Assembly: GCA_036170915.1 (NCBI GenBank)
Contig: JAVHQC010000037.1
Location: 1 to 26,735 of the forward strand
Length of the DNA: 26,735 nt
Origin: Cyanobacteria bacterium auto_48_18
GTDB lineage: Bacteria > Cyanobacteriota > Vampirovibrionia > Obscuribacterales > Obscuribacteraceae
Reading direction: 5' to 3'
The notes beneath the pieces are model-generated. The model did no database searches. It was not told the origin of the DNA and saw only the letters and a program-made list of their open reading frames with translations. How positions within the stretch are numbered: position 1 is the first letter of the stretch; each line of letters opens with the position of its first letter. The position numbers and the translations under genes are program-made. Positions 26,668 to 26,735 of the stretch are shown here, piece after piece.

Positions 26668-26735
26668 ATTGCTAAAGCCTAGCACTTTGACCGGCTAATT
26701 GGTAAGCCTGGCTAGCTCTTTTTACCTTTTCCTAC

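Noticed and set aside
1..26735. CRISPR array, IS element or rRNA
   Set aside because: No regularly spaced repeats, transposase motifs, terminal inverted repeats or rRNA-like sequence were seen.

Overview
Bacterial chromosomal window using the standard code 11 (TGA is an ordinary stop in several genes). The gene style (TPR-caspase, Tad-like pseudopilins, HPD-less J protein, tRNA without encoded CCA) suggests a Melainabacteria/Vampirovibrionia-type genome, but that is inference only. The left part is mostly housekeeping: murB-ddl, a Hanks kinase, ssb, a secreted TPR-peptidase C14 protein, a fused 5-oxoprolinase and a DUF4239 membrane protein. The middle holds a minus-strand TadE/TadE/membrane/TadG-like cluster divergent from a di-heme DUF1111 protein. 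The right part is an accessory tract ending at tRNA-Arg(CCT). Main findings: (1) two 'split' ORFs at 24930-25508 are one AhpD/CMD-like gene with an in-frame UGA in a CxxU motif, followed directly by a bacterial SECIS-like hairpin, so it is a probable selenoprotein; (2) a 3' remnant of a proteorhodopsin-like opsin (helices E-G with the retinal Lys); (3) a higB toxin remnant missing from the ORF track; (4) a candidate LexA-like operator in the ssb promoter; (5) repeated internal signal-peptidase-like motifs in the large TadG-like protein.
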